Counted from the first letter of the stretch, positions 45,951 to 57,695 are shown. The stretch: 64,000 nucleotides of DNA from Mayamaea pseudoterrestris (GCA_027923505.1 BROI01000038.1:1-64000), one strand, 5' to 3'. The notes: generated by a model from the sequence alone, not told the origin. Program-made: numbers and translations.

Positions 45951-47923
45951 ACACCGGCGCGACAATGTTGTGCGTGACAAGCGACGGACGAAAATCTTGG
46001 GACGGCAATCACGATTAAGATGACCAATCTGCGTCGACGATTGCAAGATCCGTTCACAAGTTAAGAGGAAGAGAGTAATAACCATCGCTGTGCGGCTGCA
46101 TGTTCTGAAAAAGAGTCAAAAGTAGACTGCGAAGCCACATCGAAAAGGCGTATCCAGAAGTCGTACGGATGCATCGATTGCAAGTGCAGCTGGTCTTCCT
46201 GTCGAGCGGTTTGCGTCAAGCAGCAAGTTTGCGGCGGGGTTTGCAATTGATACAGCAAGTTTTGCCGACTCCACACAGAAACCTTATGAGTACTCTTAAT
46301 CTACCAACAATGCCAATCGCCAATCGGTGTCTTGGGTCTTGGCGGCTCTTCACGACCATGGTTCGACAATTCAAGACGAAGCGCATCTTTAACGCGAGAT
46401 GAAGGAAGGCAATGCCAAGTTTGAGCGCAAGCTGCAGAAGTATGTGGACGCTGGCGTGATGCTGGAGAAGCCATCACCGATGCAAATGTCCAAGCTTGCC
46501 GACGGCTTTTTAAAGTGGCACGAAATGTACGACACAAAGGCGTACATCTACGACGCAGCGCTTGTCATGCCAACTTGGAAGTGTTCGACATGCAGAGTAA
46601 GTAGTGTCGGTGCATATTGATGCAGCAAACGCAACGTCTCAGAGCCAGTCGCCAAAGAAACTACGAGGGCGTTGATGGCGGCGACACCAGCAACAGTTGC
46701 AGCGTTCGCCAACGCTGCGTCGGCGACTGCAGCTCCTGATAACTTTATGTCTGACACCGCGCTGTCAATGAAATGACTACCTCACGTATCTTTTTCTTTG
46801 GTAACGCTGAGTCAGGACGTCAGGACTCCAACAGTGCCGCATCGGACGGTACGACGACGTCTGTTCCTGCTACTTCGTCTGTTGCGAAGACAACATGGAC
46901 TGGATTCCACTAGAGTCATACTGGTGCAGCCGCATTGGCGACACCAAATGCCACGGATTTCAACTCGGCTTTTTCAAGTGGTTTTACCTTGAATGATGCT
47001 CCTGTGTTATGCCGCCACCTCATTGTGTATGGAAATGTGGCCAATCGGTCGAGCACTGGAGGTTTAACGTTGAACCATCATTCCACACGAATAGTATGCT
47101 GTAATCATTGCGGTTGTTTCTACAAGGGGCATTATTTAGATGACATATTCTTCGAGATGCCTGGCGTCTTGCAGTTTGGCACTAGTGCAGGAGTATGCCG
47201 ATGCATCGCAAAATGACTTTAAATTCAGCAGGCAACAAGGAGTATTGCATAGATGTAATGCTTGGTTTTGACTGTATCTGCATAGTCAGCAAGTCTGTCG
47301 CTCGTCCTTTCGTCGTCTCATTTATTCGTGTCGAGGAAGAAAAGGGACGCGAGAATCCGCATTCTAGTACCGGTAAGTCATCTAAGTTAGCCACTCCGAC
47401 ATCCGACTCAAGTTGTCCACGTCACCCATGTTCGGTTCCGAAGACAACGTCACAGATGACGTGCGTGAGGCTTTTTCCCGCTGGGGTGCGTAACGCTTGC
47501 CATTTGCCTCCATCGTCGTCGTCTCCTCCGGCATCCATTGACTGTCACAAACAAGCGACAAGGAGCGAAACAAGTGTCTGAAGGATTTTTTAAAAAAACT
47601 CTACTGGTTCAACTGCTCCGCACTACTTTAATAAACAACTGCATCTGTTACTACTGGTGAGTAGGAGACGGAAGAGGATTTCAAGAGAACGAATTTCTTG
47701 TAAGACTCGGATTGAAACAGCCTCTCGTTGCTTGGCGATTTCGTACAGCCCTCCCTCCAGGAAGCAGACTTTCTTTTGTGTTACGTGGCTTGTTTTGCGG
47801 CAGGACCTTCTGTTTGCTTGCTGCTGCTCTGCGTTGCTCTAGCATCAAGTGATTGTTTCTCACGCAACTTCTTCATTGCAGCTTTTTCGCGCTCGACAAC
47901 TCGACTTTCACATTACCATTAGA

Positions 47924-49858
47924 ATGACTCCATCTACATTGACGATTGACATTTCATGGCTCAAGTACTTGTCGTCTGGAGACTCGATACTTGCCATTAT
48001 CATTGGATTGCTAGGAGCTTTTCTACTGCGAATACTCAGTCGACTCATGGAAGTATCAACGCCATTTCACGTAAGTCTTCATCGATCGACTACCTGAAAT
48101 AGTCGCGTGACAGACGCAGCTCTTACTCACTTATTGGAAACATATTTTTTTACTATGAAAGGCAACCCATGAACGCTTGAAGCAAGTATTTCCCAAGGCC
48201 TTGACAAATAAGGAATTGGTTCATTACATTCGCAAAAATTTAAAGTCACACGGATACAATCAAAATTCGTTAGTCGCTACCTCATTATGTTGCGACGAAG
48301 TCAATCGCGTCTTAGAGAATGACCTGAAGAATACGTATGGAAGCTACTTTTCAATGGGAGGCTTGGCAGGAACTCCTTTTGGAGGAGTGACGGCCTTTGG
48401 TGCAATGTAAGTTGAGCAGCGACGAGTCTTGTATACATGCACGTTCGTTCTGAATACGATTTTCTCATTGAACTTCACATGTTATTACTACAGGGCTCAT
48501 CACATTCCCGACGGAGGATCATGTGTCATTGTTTATGGACCGCATGTAGGTATTGACGCATCCGGCAAGGTTGGGTCCATTGATCGGCGCGGACGAGCCA
48601 AGGCGGGCGCCTGCTGCGGATCGGCAGTTGCCGCATGCGCCTACGTCAAGTCGGTCTTGGATGGAACCGTCAAGGAAACTGGACCGCCATCTTGTCCACT
48701 TGATGCACAGCAAACTTTTGTTGGCCAGTTGCTCCTTCCGCACGCTGAGCGCGTCCATGCGGCCGAAGACCCATTGTGCGAACTTCCGTACGCCCTGTAT
48801 GATGCGCAGAATGAGTTAATGTCGCAGATTGTTGCCAAGGGAGCTTCACATGTTGAATCAGGAAAGATTGCCTTGTTAGGAGGAATTCAAATTAATACGC
48901 CAAACGGAATGTCCGACTACTTTTTGCCATTGAGATTTGTCGTCTTCAACAACCAAGGAGCCAGAATTGACAAAATTATTGACAACTCGGTTCGAAGCGC
49001 AACGGCCAAGATTTCCACAGCCTTTCCGCACGCTCTCACCAACATGGAGCTTGTTGATCGCATCAAGGACATGCTGTCGGATTACGGCTACGGAAAGTCG
49101 ACATTGGTGGCAACTTCACTTTGTTGCGACGAAGTCAACCGGCCTTTGGAGGAAGACTTGCAGGATGCGTTTGGCGAGCACTTTAACATGGGTGGCCTGG
49201 CAGGCTTCCCGTTTGGTGGAGTTACGGGGTTTGGAGCCTTTGCTCACCATATTCCAGGTACGTTTGTTGATCGCTAATGATTGTGACTCGATAGTAATTT
49301 AATGTTGGCTTCTCACGCTTTGCACACCTTCACACTTCACGTCTAACAGATGGTGGTTCATGTCTTGTCGTGTACGGACCTCACGTTGGAGTCGACTCCG
49401 ATGGTAAAGTAGGAACGGTGAACCGAAGAGGACGCATGAAGGGAGGATCCTGTTGTGGAAGTGCCGTTGCCGCCGCCATGTATGTGAATAGCGTCATGAA
49501 GGGCGCCGACAAGGCTGACCTTCCATTAGATCCTCTCGATGCGCAACAAACTTACGTCGGTGAAATGCTTTTGCCGTATGGTGAGCGCCTGCAATCCGCC
49601 AAGGACCCAATGGTGGAATTGCCGCATGCGTTATTCGAGGCTCAGGATGAACTGATGCAAAAGATTATTGCCAAGGGCTGCAAGGAGGTTGCTGGACGAG
49701 GAAAGATTGCCTTGCTTGGTGGCATTCAGATCAACACACCAGAAGGCGTGCCAGACTACTTTTTGCCGCTACGTTTCGAGCTTTTAAATAATCGCGGCAT
49801 CATGATTGAGGATCTCATGCTGGAGACGCACAAGAATCGAAAGATGATTGCGGCATAA
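47924..49858 (+). CDS. Theta-class carbonic anhydrase (LCIB/C family) with two catalytic domains and an N-terminal hydrophobic helix; exons 47924-48070, 48162-48406, 48494-49257, 49350-49858
   Basis: Two copies of ATSLCCDEVNR...GGLAG.PFGG.T.FGA..HHIP.GG....YGPHVG...CCGSA...LLGGIQINTP...DYFLPLRF. All three introns are GT-AG and preserve the frame. Confidence 0.93.
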
Positions 49859-50126
49859 GTTCAATTGCGTCAGTACTCGGCAGCCGAGTACGACTCAGGA
49901 CGCAACTCGTCGCGTCGCATTCCACAAATCGCACTTTCGCATCTTTCCAAAATGGAGGCACCATACGCACCCTTTCGCCTGTCTGCAGATGTATCTGTTC
50001 ATCATTGTCATTCACTCACATATTACATAGAGAATTGGTTATTGGTAGTATTATGCACGAGTCTAATCTATGTAGAAATGCGAAATCTGCAACTCCACCA
50101 GCTGCGCATGGTAAATTCCTGGCCAC

Positions 50127-51671
50127 TCAGCTCTTGCTCGTTCGACTCCTCATTTCCACCGCCGCATGCATGCCATAATTGTCGTCGCCCTCCTCCTCTT
50201 CGTCTCGCTTGACACTTGCGTATGAGTTCTCGCTCGTTGGACGAAACATCATGCCGGCCGAGACGTAAAATGTGAGTGTGACAAGCTCGACAACAAAGTA
50301 TCGGACCCACAAATACTTGTACGAAAGCATGGAGATGAACAGATACACCAAGATGCGAGTGGCGTAAATGTAGGCAACCACCAAAAGGTAAAAGCTTCGA
50401 AAGAGATGAAGCTTTTCCAAGATTTCGCCCTTGTCACCATCCTGCAAGGCAGCTTCACGGTCTGGTTCGGTTGCAACCTCCTGGTCGCTATAATTGATGC
50501 CAATCAAATCGTCCGACTCATCGCCCATGGTCTTTTCCAGTTTATTGACTTGCCATACAATGGGCAGCAATACGGCGCAGCAGCAGAGAATGTCCACCAA
50601 GTGTAGTATGGCCGTCCATCGCGCATACGAAACCTCGCCCAATGCTTCATGTTCGAGTGCAATGAGCGCCACTTGCGTGACAACCTGCAGAACGAGTACA
50701 CCAGTTACCACTTGCTTCTCATTCTTGTTTAGAAAGGGTTTGACAATGCTCCAGCCTGTGCCAAGTAGTAGAATGACGACGAACAAGAATATGCTTCTCG
50801 CCGTATTCAAAAGGTAGTAAATGACCGTCCATCCTTCGGCATGTCCGTACAAGCGAATGCCGTGGTAGCGAAGGCTTTCCACGAAGGTAGTGATAAACTT
50901 TGTGAAAACAAGTGCCGTCATTATATAGTGAACCTTGTATACGCTCAAAACATGCTGCTGCTTGACGTCGCGCAAGTGTAGCAGCCAAACAATGGCGCAC
51001 ACCAAGTAGCTGACGGCAAAGAGGAAAAAGACTAGCGGCAGTCTCATTTCACCTGCCGTGAGAAATGATGGTTCGCCGTATGAGTCATAGTTGACGTATT
51101 GAAAGTCAACGCGAAAGGTAGATTGAACATTGTCGGCAAGATCGAGATCGTAGCTGCAGACTTGGTAGAGCAAAAAGTATAGTCCTTCCTCGCCCTTTTT
51201 GAACTGGTAGCGAATAGACTTTGGCGCAAATGAGAGTGATGCTAAAGTCTCAGTAGGTTCCATGGCATGTAGAATAATTCCATTGGCTGCCGACGTAATT
51301 TCTTGCTGCTGCTCATCGAAAGTGTCGTCGACAAATGTATCATCCGATCGGTCGTTCCGAAAAAGCTCAAAACTGCAAATCGTTTGGTTGGCTCGCAGTT
51401 GCTCCATGTATCGATAAAAAGCCGCTTCATTTGGAAACCTTTGTAGATAAAAGCCAGCGTCGACAGGAGTACTTTGTTTCGTAGGAAAAGTCAAGACAAA
51501 GTCATTGATTGTCAGCTCGTACACTCCGCCTTGCAGAAATCCAAACGGAGGACCCACGGGACCAATTAAGGATGGTCCATTGTTAATATGAACATTATGC
51601 TTGGTTGCTGCTGTGAAAGACTCTAATATAAACACCAGGAATACGTAGTATGATGGCTTGTAGAGCGCCAT
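50127..51671 (-). CDS. GPR107/GPR108-like (lung seven-transmembrane, GOST family) protein
   Basis: Signal peptide, lumenal domain ending FLTAGEMRLP, 7 TM helices, LLGTGWSIVKPFL..EK, LVDILCCCAVLLPIVWQV and LEKLHLFRSFYLLVVAYIYATRI. Confidence 0.92.
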   Translation of the reverse strand: MALYKPSYYVFLVFILESFTAATKHNVHINNGPSLIGPVGPPFGFLQGGVYELTINDFVLTFPTKQSTPVDAGFYLQRFPNEAAFYRYMEQLRANQTICSFELFRNDRSDDTFVDDTFDEQQQEITSAANGIILHAMEPTETLASLSFAPKSIRYQFKKGEEGLYFLLYQVCSYDLDLADNVQSTFRVDFQYVNYDSYGEPSFLTAGEMRLPLVFFLFAVSYLVCAIVWLLHLRDVKQQHVLSVYKVHYIMTALVFTKFITTFVESLRYHGIRLYGHAEGWTVIYYLLNTARSIFLFVVILLLGTGWSIVKPFLNKNEKQVVTGVLVLQVVTQVALIALEHEALGEVSYARWTAILHLVDILCCCAVLLPIVWQVNKLEKTMGDESDDLIGINYSDQEVATEPDREAALQDGDKGEILEKLHLFRSFYLLVVAYIYATRILVYLFISMLSYKYLWVRYFVVELVTLTFYVSAGMMFRPTSENSYASVKRDEEEEGDDNYGMHAAVEMRSRTSKS

Positions 51672-51873
51672 GGTGAACGTTCATTTTGTGGTCTCGGGAA
51701 TCCCCGCCAATTGAATAAGTACCGCTACGAGTCTCGGCATCACCGCTACGACACATGCCTGCCAAAGAACAAATTCGTCGAGCGGCGCCATGGCGGACTC
51801 TTTCGATCACAAGACTCGTCGTTGAACCATTTTGATACACCTTTGATGGTTATAGAACAGTAATTAAGTCGTT

Positions 51874-53493
51874 ATGGATCATATAGAAAGTTTTGAGGAT
51901 TCTTGTCTGGCCGCTCAGCGCGCCGCTGTCGAATCCTTAAAAATTGGACGAAACACTTTGGAGCAAGCTCAGCAACAATCCGAGCAGCTTGTTCGGGCTT
52001 CAACCATTGCGGATGATACGAAGTATGATTTGGATCATGCAGCTAGACTACTGAAGAATATGACATGGACAGGATGGCTGTCCAACAAGCTTTCAAAGGA
52101 GCCAATGATTGCGAAGAATGTGACAGTCAAGAATGATGCGTCACGTTTCAACGGAGCAGGAGGAGCAGGACCTACAACTGCAACAGCAAACAGACAAACG
52201 CCTTCTACTATGCTCGATGACAATTTGACTTTGATCGATAACGTACCAAAGTCACATCAGGCCGCCGCTCAAAGCCTGTCAAACTATCGAGCGAACCTAC
52301 GAGTCTTGCAAGACTTTTGCGAAAACAATATTAATCAACCAATTGACAATGAAGAGGAGAAGCAACAATTGACAACTCTTCAAACCATTTGCAACGCCAT
52401 GTATGAGACGGCTCGTGTGCAGTTGGAGAAACTGCAGAGTGATTGCACTGCTGCAACTACGGCAAGGGACGATGAGACGATACGATGTGCGCTTCATGCC
52501 GAGTTGCGACAATTGCGCGAACAACAGATGGGTCTACAATCAAGACGACCGCAACGGACTTCTGCGAAACCAACCTCACAACAGTCACTAGTGTTGCAAG
52601 AAAATAATGGTCGCGTGGAGCAGCAGCAGCAGTTGGAACAAGCAGCAACTCCTGTCGCAGTGAATATTCGATCGTCAGTTACCATGAAGGAACCAGCGGC
52701 AACAAAATTAAAACCATCCGCGTCACAGCTACAGGAGCAGATGCAGGGTGATCATTTGCAGTTTCTTTCGAGCAACTTGGAGGAACTCGGTCAACTAGCG
52801 CAGCACTTGAATCATGCCGTCGTGTCATCGGTGCGAACCATGGACCACCTTGAAGATCAGTCGGAAAGTATCTTGGAGCAAACCAAGCATGTCACGCGCA
52901 GAGCTGATCGCATGGCCCGACACTCCAACAGGAGCTGGTTTAGTAGTCGCAGTGCTGGTAGTCGGCACTTGCTTGGACAGGTTGCCATATGCCACGTGGA
53001 ATCGGGTTACTACATGCGCATGTGGAATGGCACAGTCTTTTTGGTACCAGACTTTGACAAGGCCTCTTGTTTACTTGGTATATACGGTACGCAACAGTCG
53101 ACGAAGCAAACTGGAGCTGGGTCGTATGGATTGGTCGGAATCAAGAACCTTGTGGAATGCACCTGGCTTGGCCAAAGCTTGTTGGGATTGCTGGATGCCA
53201 AGGCGACAACGTTTGGTCATCGACAAGAGTGGGAGCTTGATGAAACCTTTTTGATAGAGAGCAATGTAATTGATGGGTCCTCCGCCGACCGGCAAAGGAA
53301 TATTCATGGGGCGGTAGCCGCGACCCCGTCACCACGGCGATTGACGAGATTGCTTTGCGCTTCGGCTGGGTGGGGATCGGGCGCGTATCTCATGGTCGGA
53401 TCAGCTCCTCATTATGCAGTTACTATCGGTGGATCAGGCGTTGACGAAAAGAATAAGGCGGCGATGTGGTGTTTCGTAAATCAGCCTCCATGA
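51874..53493 (+). CDS. SNAP25-like Qbc SNARE with an extra C-terminal beta-rich domain
   Basis: N-terminal SNARE helix (ESLKIGRNTLEQAQQQSEQL...LDHAARLLKNM) and a second helix (HLQFLSSNLEELGQLAQHLN...MDHLEDQSE). No TM anchor. Confidence 0.7.
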   Translation: MDHIESFEDSCLAAQRAAVESLKIGRNTLEQAQQQSEQLVRASTIADDTKYDLDHAARLLKNMTWTGWLSNKLSKEPMIAKNVTVKNDASRFNGAGGAGPTTATANRQTPSTMLDDNLTLIDNVPKSHQAAAQSLSNYRANLRVLQDFCENNINQPIDNEEEKQQLTTLQTICNAMYETARVQLEKLQSDCTAATTARDDETIRCALHAELRQLREQQMGLQSRRPQRTSAKPTSQQSLVLQENNGRVEQQQQLEQAATPVAVNIRSSVTMKEPAATKLKPSASQLQEQMQGDHLQFLSSNLEELGQLAQHLNHAVVSSVRTMDHLEDQSESILEQTKHVTRRADRMARHSNRSWFSSRSAGSRHLLGQVAICHVESGYYMRMWNGTVFLVPDFDKASCLLGIYGTQQSTKQTGAGSYGLVGIKNLVECTWLGQSLLGLLDAKATTFGHRQEWELDETFLIESNVIDGSSADRQRNIHGAVAATPSPRRLTRLLCASAGWGSGAYLMVGSAPHYAVTIGGSGVDEKNKAAMWCFVNQPP

Positions 53494-54505
53494 TACTCTG
53501 GGCTTGTTTAACGCGACGTCATTCGCCGACTAACAACTCCTTTGCTTCGACCACGAGCAAGAAGTATCGTTATGACTGAGCGTCGATGTGACTGAGTGTT
53601 GAATGCAGTCACGACTACCGGTAATTCTTACAGGAAATTGACGCAGCGACTCTGAACATTTCGATATTCGTTAACTTTTACCGTTTAACGAGGCGAGCCT
53701 GGGAAGTGAAGCGGAACGATTCGATTGCACTATTGTGCTAGTAGATTGCCAGGAGTTCGATACGATAGAGCTGATACTGAACGCATATCAAGTGCTTTTG
53801 GCTTGGATCGCGCCTCTTAAAGCCAACATATTCTGCGTCGCGATTTTCGACGCAACTGATTGCCCGATGGGCTGTTCTTATTCGACCGAGATCGTTTGGA
53901 TTGTCGGCGACATGCTATTCCGACGAAACGGATAATGCACAAGCCACATTGCGGCGCCTTCATTTGGAATGTTACTCTTAACGCATCAAGCTAAAGACGG
54001 TTTTGACGGTATTGCTCATCGTTGTATTGTTGCGAGGCACTGACAGCACGGCTACTTTTTTCCTACACTTTTACGTTATCATAGTCCTTTGCCGGTCTCT
54101 CTACGCCTGGTCGATATAGATGTGTGCATATGTTATATACGATAAATCGATGCATAAAGCAGTTATCACCAAGTATGCTGCTGTCAATCATAGTACAGGT
54201 ATGTGGTCTTTGCAGTGGCACATGCTCGCAGGCAGACCTGCCACCACCAACGCCAACGACACAATGTGCCGCACTACTGCCTGCAATACGTCTCACCCAA
54301 ATGCTGGTTCGACACAGCATTTACTTTAGTTCAATATTGTACCGCGCAGAAGACACATGGAATGAATAATTTTGTTTGTGGAGCTTGTTGTTTGCAGTTT
54401 TACCGGCTCACGCTCGAGTATCCTTGCCGAAAGTTCAAATTCTGGCGCCGATCATGTACAAACGTAGGACCAATCGCAGATCCAACCATCATTGCAATGG
54501 TAAAT

Positions 54506-55701
54506 TCACTGCAGGTCGTACAAGCCTTCCAGCATGCTCTTGCTGAATCGCCGTCCGCCGGTGCCGCCGGCATCGAAAACCAAGGGCAGAAAGTAGTCGG
54601 ACGCTCCAATTGGCGTGTTGATTTGAATGCCACCCAGTAGCGCAAGAGGCGCATTACTACCGGCTACTTGAACAATCTGTCGGAGCATGGTGTTTTGTAT
54701 ATTAAATAAAATATAGGGCAGCTCCAATGTTGGATCAGCTGCACGGCTGAGTGCGTCCTTGTGCGACAGCAGAAGCGAATTGACTTGCGATTGCTCCATA
54801 TCCAAGCCTGTGAAAGCAGCGGTAGGCTTTGCAGCTCCATGCGTCTCTCCACTATTAAATGCTGGCTGCTGTGGCTGCATGACATACTTGGCAGCCGCCG
54901 CTGCGCTTCCACAGCATGGCGTAGCAACTCCGCCTTGTCCGGCACGTTGAAGCTGCCCCAGCGTTCCATGTTCGTCAATTCCAACATGTGGACCGTAGAC
55001 AATAAGAGCCGATCCGTCGTTTGGAATGTGACTCTGCATGGCTGACTCAATGGAAAATGGTGAAACCAATATGGGTCAACTGTCAGTTCTTTGTTTTCAA
55101 GTCAACAGTAGACGAGTCTGTCGCCTTGTCATTCGTTCCGTACCTTGAAATCCAGTCACCCCGGAGAATGGAAACCCAGCCAAGCCACCCATGCTAAAGC
55201 AATCTCCGTCTTTTTTTACGTGAGTGTAGATGGTGTGAGCAACTACTGCTCATCGGTGATGGTATGAGCAATGACGCAGCGAACGTTGTTTGCTTCACGC
55301 AGCCATCACTTACAGTACGCGCCGAATTCCTGTTCTAGTCCTCGATTGACTTCATCGCAACAGAGCGAAGTAGCCAGTAAAACCTTCGGCGTTGATGGTG
55401 ATGCTCGCGATATTGTTGGTGGAACGAGTTTTGATACTCGACGTGCGAGACTCGAGTATGTCATGGCCCTTGGAAAGGCCTTGGCGAGGGTCTCTTCATA
55501 CGGTTTTATTGCAAGGGAAGCATCTGTCTGTTTTGTTACTTGTGATGCAGGAAGATTTGCTTGTCTCTGCAGCGCCAAGGATCCAGTCAGCAGCTGTCCA
55601 AAAGTTAGACGACGTGATGGATCCGTCACATCCAGCGCAATCGTCCAAGAGAATGACGTCGCCAGCAAACAAAAAATGAAAACACAAGTCGCTCGAGTCA
55701 T
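54506..55701 (-). CDS. Single-domain theta-class carbonic anhydrase with a signal peptide and twin-arginine segment; exons 55701-55314, 55209-55144, 55041-54506
   Basis: ATSLCCDEVNR, manually found middle exon GDCFSMGGLAGFPFSGVTGFQ, YGPHVG, CCGSA and LLGGIQINTP. N-terminus MTRATCVFIFCLLATSFS...SRRLTFGQLLTGSLAL. Confidence 0.9.
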
Positions 55702-55971
55702 TGGCAACAATAGGCGAGACGGAAGGACTATCAAGGCTATCAAAATTCAACCATCAAGGCTCTCAATCGTCGTCGGATTTGATACGCTAGCGGCAATGCC
55801 ATTGTGGACGTTTTCAGGTGTTTCAGTGATGGTGCGACATGATTGTGACGCGCGTTCGCGACCACGAAATTCGTAGTCTTCATTTTTGTTTCATCGTCCT
55901 TCCAGCCTAGCAAATCGTTTCCATCTTTCTTTCCAAAGCTCATCAGCTCATCAGCCCATAAACAATATATC

Positions 55972-56991
55972 ATGGAAGACGCCAAGCTGCAAGCCTTGCA
56001 TGATAGTCTTGCCAAGCTTCGAAACGGCGGCCACAAGAAAGGACTCGGTGGTCGAGGTTCAGCTTCAGCTGGTCCCTACAGTTGGAGTCAGTCGAATGCC
56101 GCGCAACAATCGGACGACTCTCACCCACATGGATTACCAAACAATCCATTATATGCCAACTTTGCACCAGAAGGAACGTATGATGCCAATGCTCGACTGC
56201 AGCAATCCCATGGAGATGGGCGTTTCATCAAGCGTGACTTTCGCGACGTTACAGGTGACGATTCTTCCGACCAACAAGACAGTGATAAGGACACAAAACT
56301 TACAAAGGAGGAACGCAAAGCTCAACGAAAGGCAGCTGCCAAGGAAGCGAAGCGCCAGGCAAAACTCGAAGCGAAACGACTGGAGAAAAAATTGCGCAAG
56401 AAGATGGAACAACGCGAGTCGTCGTCATCGTCGACGAATCTAGCTGTCGTTGAGAAGGAAGCTGACAGTAAAGACATTGTAACTCATTCAGTGACATCCA
56501 AGAAGGAAAGGAAACGAAAGGATATTGTTCAAAATGATTGTATAGCTTTGGAGCATACTAACAACGACTCTAGTGTCACGAACGTCAAGAAGAAGCGAAA
56601 ACGATTACTGACTGGTGAGCCAGGTCTCGCTGCCCATGACGACGACGAAGCAGCTACAACAGTAAAGAAGCGTTTGAGTGGCGAGAAGATAAGCATATCT
56701 GAACCATTGGCTGTAGAATCTACTGTCAAGAAAGCAAAGAAGGAGAAGAAGGCCAAACACCGCGTCAATGTCGAATCAAACGCACATGCCGATGTGGAGG
56801 ACTCTTCAATGACAACTGCCATTGAAAAGAAAGCAAAGAAGGACAAGAAGACAAAGCGTCGGGAAGCAGATACACCGAACACTTCGGTCCAAGCTGCTGA
56901 TGATGAACCAACAACATCGGCGGCGGTCGCAGTGCTGAAAAGCGACAAGAAGCCGAAAAAGGAAAAGAAGACTAAAAAGAGCAAGCGGTAA
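55972..56991 (+). CDS. Lysine-rich low-complexity protein, possibly nucleolar
   Basis: 339-aa ORF with many KKE/KKxK tracts. Confidence 0.75.
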   Translation: MEDAKLQALHDSLAKLRNGGHKKGLGGRGSASAGPYSWSQSNAAQQSDDSHPHGLPNNPLYANFAPEGTYDANARLQQSHGDGRFIKRDFRDVTGDDSSDQQDSDKDTKLTKEERKAQRKAAAKEAKRQAKLEAKRLEKKLRKKMEQRESSSSSTNLAVVEKEADSKDIVTHSVTSKKERKRKDIVQNDCIALEHTNNDSSVTNVKKKRKRLLTGEPGLAAHDDDEAATTVKKRLSGEKISISEPLAVESTVKKAKKEKKAKHRVNVESNAHADVEDSSMTTAIEKKAKKDKKTKRREADTPNTSVQAADDEPTTSAAVAVLKSDKKPKKEKKTKKSKR

Positions 56992-57056
56992 AGATCATGT
57001 TAAATTTTGTTGCTTTATTATCTACTTTGCAACCAAATACGTTCCTTGCAGCCCAA

Positions 57057-57695
57057 TTACGCATTCGGATCCATGAGGTTTCCTTCCCGGTCATGCAACA
57101 CTGGCGTGAGCGTCTCCAAGTCAACGTCCACCGTCGCTCCAAGCACCTTCATGAATGCATTGTGATGAACGTAGAGCTTTGACAAACCGTCGTTTAGCGA
57201 GTCAACGTATGGTTTGGCGGTCGTTCCATCCTCCAGCACTTCAAGTGAAACTGCTTCGTCATTTTCCAAATCAATGTCTGCTGGTGTGACAAAGTCGAAC
57301 GAAAATACCATGCGCATGTCTCCATGCTGTTTGGATTGATCGTAGTACAGCATAATTCCAACAATGTCGGGTCTTGGTGGTTTGTCGAGAAGCTGCTTGA
57401 AGAATGTTCGTGCTTGTTCCGTGAGATTGACGGCTGCCTTTTGCGGTATAAACGAATGTTTGCCAGCTGTTCGTTTTCGAGGCGGACTCGCCTTTTGTCC
57501 GGAAAATTGCCGAATAGACAAAGAGTGGAAGCTTAGTAGCTGCATGGAGGTTGAAGGGAATATGGATGACGGAGGAGCTGCGCTGATCATTGAATGCTGT
57601 CGTCTAGACTGCGGCTGCTGAGCGGCTGTCCCAAGACCTCGCTGAATATTCGAGGCGACTCGGAAGCTTCTTGTTCGTTTTGCAATACGATGCAT
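57057..57695 (-). CDS. Divergent IscA/HesB-like protein with no cysteines and a mitochondrial-type presequence
   Basis: PQKAAVNLTEQARTFFKQLL, LYVHHNAFMKVLGATVDV and the terminal DPNA align by eye with A-type carrier motifs. R/S-rich, acid-free N-terminus. Confidence 0.65.
   Translation of the reverse strand: MHRIAKRTRSFRVASNIQRGLGTAAQQPQSRRQHSMISAAPPSSIFPSTSMQLLSFHSLSIRQFSGQKASPPRKRTAGKHSFIPQKAAVNLTEQARTFFKQLLDKPPRPDIVGIMLYYDQSKQHGDMRMVFSFDFVTPADIDLENDEAVSLEVLEDGTTAKPYVDSLNDGLSKLYVHHNAFMKVLGATVDVDLETLTPVLHDREGNLMDPNA

Noticed and set aside
53500..54500. Possible gene between the SNARE and the second theta-CA
   Set aside because: Only short, non-motif ORFs on both strands.
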